Source: Squalus acanthias (lineage: Eukaryota). Taken from it: a stretch of DNA of 64,000 nucleotides. The stretch lies in contig CM059432.1 in assembly GCA_030390025.1 (NCBI GenBank), positions 52,516,001 through 52,580,000 on the forward strand, in the 5' to 3' direction. Of the stretch, positions 60,350 through 64,000 are shown in pieces. The notes beneath the pieces were generated by a model. The model was not told the DNA's origin. It saw nothing but the letters and a program-made list of their open reading frames with translations, and searched no databases. The position numbers and the translations under genes are program-made. The first letter of the stretch is position 1. Every line of letters starts with the position of its first letter.

Positions 60350-62965
60350 ACAACAACAACAAATTATATTTATATAGCGCCGTTAACGTAGTAGAACATC
60401 CCAAGGCGCTGCGCAGGAGTATTTTAAGACAAAAAATTTGACACCGAGCCACATAAGGATAACTTAGGGCAGGTGACCAAAAGCTTGGTCAAAGAGGTAG
60501 GTTCTAAGGAACATCTTAAAGGAGGAAAGAGAGGTAGCGAGGCGGAAAGGTTTAGGCAGGGAATTCCAGAGCTTACGGCCTAGCAACAGAAGGCACGGCC
60601 ACCAAAGGTTGAGCGATTATAATCAGGGATGCTCAAGAGGGCAGAATTAGAGGAGCGCAGATATCTCGGTGGGGTTGTGGGGCTGAAGGAGATTACAGAG
60701 ATAGGGAGGGGCGAGGCCATGGAGGGATTTGAAAACAAGGATGAGAATTTTGAAATCAAGGCGCTGCTTAACCGGGAGCCAATGTAGGTCAGCGAGCACA
60801 GGGGTGATGGGTGAACGGGACTTAGTATGAGTTAGGACACGGGCTTCCGAGTTTTGCATGACCGCAAGTTTATGTAGAGTGGAATGTGGGAGGCCAGCCA
60901 GGAGTGCATTGGAATAGTCAAGTCTAGAGGTAACAAAGGCATGGATGAGGGTTTCAGCAGCGGATGAGCTAAGGCAAGGGCGGTGACGGGCGATATTACG
61001 GAGGTGGAAGTAGGCGGTCTTTGTTATGCTGTGGATATGTGGTCGGAAGCTCATTTCAGGGTCAAATATGACACCAAGGTTGCGAACAGTGTGATTCAGC
61101 CTCAGACAGATGTTAGGGAGAGGGATGGAGTCAGTGGCTAGGGAACGGAGTTTGTGGCACAAACTGAAAACAATGGCTTCGGTCTTCCCAATATTTAATT
61201 GTAGAACATTTTTGCTCATCCAGAACTGTATGTCGGACAAGCAGTCTGACAATAGACGCCGTGGAGGGATCGAAAGAAGAGGTAGTGAGGTAGAGCTGGG
61301 TGTCGTCAGCGTACATGTGGAAACTGACGCTGTGTTTTTAGATGATGTCACCAAGGGGCAACATGTAGATGAGAAATAGGAGGGTGCCAAGGATAGATCC
61401 TTGGGGGACACCAGAGGTAACGATGCGGGAGCGGGAAGAGAAGCCATTGCAGGTGATTCTCTGGTTACGATTAGATAGAAAAGAATGGAACCAGGCGAGT
61501 GCAGTCCCACCCAACTGGACGACGGTGGAGAGGCGTTGGAGAAGGATGGAGTGGTCAACCGTGTCAAAGGCTGCAGACAAGTCAAGAAGGACAAGGAGGG
61601 ATAGTTTACCTTCGTCACAGTCACAAAGGATGTCATTTGTGACTTTGATGAGAGCCATTTTGGTACTGTGGCAAGGGCGGAAACCTGATTGGAGGGATTC
61701 AAACATAGAATTGTGGGAAAGATGGGCACGGATTTGGAAGGCGACAACACATTCAAGGACTTTGGAGAGGAAAGGGAAGTTGGAGATGGGGCAATAGTTT
61801 GCAAGGACGGAGGGATCAAGGGTTGTTTTTTTGAGGAGAGGGGTGATGACGGCAGATTTAAGAGAGAGGGGGACAGTACCTGAGGAGAGAGAACCATTAA
61901 CAATATCAGCTAACATGGGAGCCAGAAAAGGAAGTTGGGTGATCAGCAGTTTGGTGGGAATAGGGTCGAGGGAGCAGGAAGTGGGTCTCATGGACAAGAT
62001 GAGCACGGAGAGGTCATGAGGGGAGATCGGAGAGAAACTGGAGAAAGATGTGAGTTCAGGGCTAGGGCAGGGGGGAACCTTAGAGGAAGTTTAGCCCAGT
62101 GGGCTAGGGGAAGGAAGGGAAGTGGCAGAGGCAGCTGAATGGATGGTCTCAATCTTAGAGACAAAGTTATCTGAGGTGAGGGTGGAGGAGACAGGGGAGA
62201 GGGGTTTAAGAAGACGGTTAGCAGTAGAGAATAGGAGCCGGGGTTTATCTTTGCATTCCAGAATGATTCTGGAATAGTGAGCAATTTTGGTAGACAAGAT
62301 CAGGGCCCGATAATGCTTTATGTGGTCCAGCCAGATCTGGCGGTGAATGGCTAAACCAGTTGTCCGCCATATCCGTTCGAGTCTGCATCCCTTGGACTTA
62401 AGGGAGCGAAAATGAGAGCTGTACCAGGGGGAACGGCCAGGGTGAGAGAGGGTAATTGTTTTAGTAGGGATTAGGGCATCAAAGGTGGTGGTGAGGGTGT
62501 GGTTGAGCAGATCGGTAGCTGCAGAAATGTCATGGTGAATGGAGGGCCAGAGGCTGGACAGTTGGGATTTCATAAGTGCAGTTGTATGTAAGAGAGTTGG
62601 GAGAGTGTTTTTTCCAGGGGCGGACACAGAAGGAAGAAGGGTTGGGGGTGGGTGGAAGGGGGATGTGGGTGGAGAGTGATACGAGGAAATGGTCAGAGAT
62701 GGCTTTATCTGCAATTGACATGATGGGAGTAGCGAGGCCACAAGAGATGGCAAGGTTGAGGGGGTGGCTGTGAATATGGGTTGGGGAGTTTACATGGAGC
62801 GAGAGATTAAGGGAGGATAGGAGGCTCGTGAACTCAGAGGAGAGAGAGCATGATGAATTGAGATGGAGGTTGAAATCACTGAGGATGAGAAGTCGTTCGG
62901 TGCAGAGGTTAAGGGAGGAGAACAGTGAAGATATCTCAGTAATAACATTTTTATGGTAATTTTCT
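60350..62965 (-). mobile_element. L2 LINE, 5'-truncated APE-RT ORF2 with frameshifts
   Basis: LILSDFNLH, SDHFLV, LDPIPT, QSGFR, LLDLSAAFDTVDH, VPQGSILG, MYADDTQLYL, LHWLPVKQR; (GTT)n tail at 60350. Confidence 0.93.
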
Positions 62966-63298
62966 GAGGCGCCACTAGTGTTGCAGAGCTCCCAGGGGCA
63001 TGGGTTGTGAAATGGGCTGCACAGCATTCATTTAATGGCTGGAAAATTGTAAGTATCGTGCGTGCGCTCAATTTTCTGACATGCTCCCAGCATATGAAGC
63101 TCTGCACAGGTGGCACTAAAGATGAAAATTTGCTCCATTGTTTGCTGTTTGTGGGAAAGATCTCAAAATGAAGGCAACCAAACTGAAAAGACATATTTCA
63201 GAACTATTTATGATGCGGAGATGCCGGTGTTGGACTGGGGTGGACAAATGTGAGAAGTCGCACAACACCAGGTTATAGTCCAACAGCTTTATTTGAAA

Positions 63299-63335
63299 TC
63301 ACAAGCTTTCGGAGCGCTGCTCCTTCGTCAGGTGA
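63299..63335 (-). ncRNA. Minimal type I hammerhead ribozyme motif in PLE terminal repeat
   Basis: Reverse complement: UCAC-CUGACGA-A-GGAGC-AGC-GCUCC-GAAA-GC-UU-GUGA (palindromic AGCU stem III). Confidence 0.8.
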
Positions 63336-63667
63336 AGTGAAGAGATGCATATAGGCACAGCATATATAGTCAGAGAACACTGCCAGATGATTACAGTTAA
63401 TCTTTCCAACTGCCCTTTATCACACCTCGGCAGAGAGATAATCACGGCAATCAAAGGTGTGGATGGTGTCCAAACAGGTCAGTCAGGAAAACATTACATC
63501 AAAGACAATGAGGTGGGGTCACAAGGGGTCAAATGTGGCAGATGCTGGGGTCTGTATGGAAAACAAAAAACTTTTTTTGCTGGAAATCATAGCAGGTCCG
63601 GCTGCATCTGTGTAGAGAGAACAAGCCAACGCCGACTCGAGTCTGGATGACTCTACGTCAGGTGAGG

Positions 63668-64000
63668 TTACATGTAGCGTGACATGAACCCAAGATCCCG
63701 GTTGAGGCCGTCCTCATGGGTGCGGAACTTGGCTATCAGTTTCTGCTCGATGATTTTGCGTTGTCGTGTGTCTCGAAGGCCGCCTTGGAGAACGCTTACC
63801 CGCAGATCGGAGGCTGAATGTCCTTGACTGCTGAAGTGTTCCCCGACTGGGAGGGAACACTCCTGCCTGGCGATTGTTGCGCGGTGTCCGTTCATACATT
63901 GTTGCAGTGTCTGCATGGTCTCGCCGATGTACCATGCTCCGGGGCATCCTTTCCTGCAACGTATGAGGTAGACAACATTGGCCGAGTCACATGAGTATGT
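63668..64000 (-). CDS. Penelope GIY-YIG endonuclease domain (partial, open to window edge)
   Basis: TYSCDSANVVYLIRCRKGCPGAWYIGETMQTLQQCMNGHR...PVGEHFSSQGHS...RKIIEQKLI...GLNRD. Confidence 0.85.
   Translation of the reverse strand, partial: TYSCDSANVVYLIRCRKGCPGAWYIGETMQTLQQCMNGHRATIARQECSLPVGEHFSSQGHSASDLRVSVLQGGLRDTRQRKIIEQKLIAKFRTHEDGLNRDLGFMSRYM

Larger units (their letters stand above)
63211..64000 (-). mobile_element. Penelope-like element 3' end (runs off window)
   Basis: GIY-YIG endonuclease C-terminus followed by hammerhead-bearing terminal repeats. Confidence 0.88.

Overview
Vertebrate genomic DNA, most likely a shark or other elasmobranch (HE1-type and SacSINE1/DeuSINE-type SINEs, abundant CR1/L2 LINEs, Penelope-like elements). 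The + strand carries the 3' half of myomesin-1 (MYOM1): 21 exons from 3462 to the stop at 44207 that splice into one open frame (2690 nt; all intron phases checked by hand). They cover the alternatively spliced EH segment, FnIII domains My7-8 and Ig domains My9-13. Introns and the downstream ~20 kb are dense with transposons: CR1, L2 and RTE-X-like LINEs, PIF/Harbinger and hAT MITEs, a collapsed Gypsy element and a Penelope element with a GIY-YIG endonuclease. The most notable observations are: (1) an EH exon expanded by six in-frame 30-bp repeats; (2) a GC-AG intron; (3) a 52-bp Penelope-derived insert whose 14-bp target-site duplication copies a MYOM1 splice donor; (4) several intact minimal hammerhead ribozyme cores, one on the pre-mRNA sense strand; (5) multiply nested LINEs; (6) a candidate promoter/first exon of the next gene near 49 kb. 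Family and gene assignments rest on recalled motifs, not database searches.
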